Positions 61,958-64,000 of a stretch of DNA of 64,000 bases are shown here, piece after piece. Made by a program: the position numbers and the translations under genes. The notes beneath the pieces were generated by a model. It made no database searches and was not told the origin of the DNA. It was given only the letters and a program-made list of their open reading frames with translations. Source of the stretch: Kudoa neothunni (lineage: Eukaryota; Animalia; Cnidaria); contig OZ199838.1 of assembly GCA_964304625.1 (NCBI GenBank), positions 16,785,469 through 16,849,468 on the forward strand, read 5' to 3'. Numbering within the stretch: the stretch's first letter is position 1; each line of letters begins with the position of its first letter.

Positions 61958-62832
61958 ATGGTGTGTCACAAGAGATTATTCACATTTGAGACCATTAATA
62001 AAATAACCATTTTTGGTTATGGTTATTTTCGTGATGATATCGATTACAAAATTAAAAATTTACAAAATATCGGACCATTACTTATCCTTTGCAAATGTAC
62101 ATGCGGAGATAATGTGGGTGTGATTCCGCGTAAAGATACGGGTGATGGTTACCAGTCTAGATGAAACAAATGCCATAAAAGGTGCTTATTGAGGTTTGGG
62201 ACCATTTTCGAAATGTCAAAGTTCCCCTTGTGGAAATCGTTTATCAAGCATCCAACTACGACATTTGATTAGGTTCGACAACACCTTGATATCACGTCAA
62301 ATTCAACCATAATGGATTGGAAGACTATTATAAGAGATTTCATGACTTCCAAATTGAATGATAAATTCACAAAAATTGGAAGTGATGGAATAATTGTTCA
62401 AATTGACTTGACCACGATCTCGAAGAAGAAATATAATATTGGCCGTGTTATGAAAAATCAGCAACATTGGACGGTGGGTGGAATTGACGAAGAAGAGAAC
62501 TGCTTCCTAACGATTTCTCAATACAGAAACCGAGACGTTATTGAGAGAATAATAATCGATAACGTGGGAGACGGTTCAACAACAATATGGACGGATACAA
62601 AAATTTGGAAAATTTAGGTTTTTTTCATGGAACCGTTGTCCACAAAAGGAGGTTTGTTTCGAGTGATGGAGTTCACACAAACAAAATAGAGGCGACTTGG
62701 GGTACTTTTAAAAGGAATTATATAAACGCCACAAACAAGAATCCAGAGAGTTTACCTGGGTATATAACAGATTTTTGTTTAGAAAAAAATGTGTCGAAAC
62801 AGAAATTAGTGCTCTCTTTGTATATATTTTGA
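61958..62832 (+). mobile_element. Merlin (IS1595/IS1016-like) transposase pseudogene; element ends not identified
   Basis: IVQID..ISKKKYNIGR...WTVGGID, IWTD, GYKNL, TVVHKRRFVSSDGVHTNKIEATW. Confidence 0.88.
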
Positions 62833-63336
62833 CGTTTAATTCACTTTAAAAACTATATGCTAAGTTTACCGATGTTTGGTTTTTTCCGACGAAGTTTTTA
62901 CAGATTCTGTAATATAGCCAAAAATTGAATTGAATTTTATTTTTTTAGATAATCAATAATTTTGCACTCGATTATATCAACTGATCCAAACTGTGTTAAT
63001 TGATTTTTGAAGATAAATTATGAAAAATTATATTTGTATATATTTTTGGCAATTATTCCGACAAATATTAAATTAGTTATGTTATAAAAATTCTTAATTA
63101 TGCTTTCTGGCAAAATAATAATTTATTCAATTCCTATAAGATTAAACATGTTTTGCTGAGGCTTTGAAATATGAATTGTATTATTTTCTTAATATAGCAT
63201 TATTTATATTTAATTTTAACTAAAAATCAATTTAACTTTATTGAAAGGCATGAATACCGTATAATACGCGAGAATTATTCTTTGTAGACAATATCAGATT
63301 AACCATCGGTAAGATATTTCCTTGAAGAATCAAAAA

Positions 63337-63975
63337 ATGATTTTATTTTATTCATTGATTATTTACTCTTGTAAGAAGAATATACGTATTAACCTAGTTA
63401 TTTGTATTTAGTCATACATAGCTGTATCAATACTGAAGTGTCGACTACAGCGCGTGAAGTTTATTATCAAATAGATCGTTCGGATGCTGACGCCTGGAAA
63501 ATGCATGTTGAACTAAAAGGTTTGGAATATACTACCGAAAAAAAATGTCGCATAATGAGAGAGAATACTGCTGGGAACAATTTTGAAGATTTTACGGGGT
63601 GCGTAAGTACAGAGGCTAATATATCTGATAAATGCATAAGAGCTTGTGCGGGCAGTGATAACCAACTAGACTATTCTAAGATGTCTCCGAGGTCAAAATA
63701 TATTTATGTAAAAGATGGAGCAGATGCAGATAATCTTAAAACTGAGGCAAATAAAAAAGGTGGAAAGGTTTATGGTTTTGAAATACGTACGATTAAATTT
63801 TTATTATGGTTTTTATGTTTATTTAGCACTATTGGTTGATCCTGATATAAAGGCTTCAACAGATACTTCACAATTATTGATGCTGAAAGCGATCACTTGC
63901 AAACCAGTGGCATGTCCAATTTACTATAAAAATGTTTTATACAAGAATGTTCCTGCGGGAGAGAAAGCTGTATAG
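63337..63975 (+). CDS. Unknown putatively secreted Cys-containing protein, 3 exons (~186 aa)
   Basis: Exons 63337-63370, 63412-63786, ~63827-63975 with ~40-nt phase-1 GT-AG introns; signal-like MILFYSLIIYSFIHSC. Confidence 0.6.
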
Positions 63976-64000
63976 CACAAGCTAGTGAAGCTGGCGTCAG

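Overview
AT-rich eukaryotic (not prokaryotic) DNA with very short spliceosomal introns (mostly about 30-60 nt) and a heavy load of decayed transposons. The gene set (STX8, Kunitz proteins, a CD39-type gene structure) looks metazoan; a reduced parasite such as a myxozoan is plausible but is inference only. Hand-spliced host genes: a 9-exon CD39/NTPDase-fold membrane protein whose five apyrase-conserved regions are all degenerate (3668-7814, -), two paralogous secreted five-Kunitz-domain genes (16373-17756 and 21314-22779, +), a CDK1/2-like kinase with PSTSLRE (39940-41460, -), IMP3 head-to-head with a syntaxin-8-like gene, UDP-glucose pyrophosphorylase, RPS15, and an unknown secreted Cys-containing protein at the right edge. 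Mobile DNA includes several hAT families, MULE/SWIM elements with 9-bp TSDs, a DD34E Tc1-like element, piggyBac, Merlin, a Ty3/Gypsy retrotransposon and a MITE. One three-level nest (MULE inside Tc1 inside Gypsy) resolves to the base. The most notable candidate is the left 23 kb, which holds an intact pseudo-apyrase next to duplicated, mostly non-canonical penta-Kunitz proteins and could be a host-interaction locus. All gene models were spliced by eye and no database searches were run.
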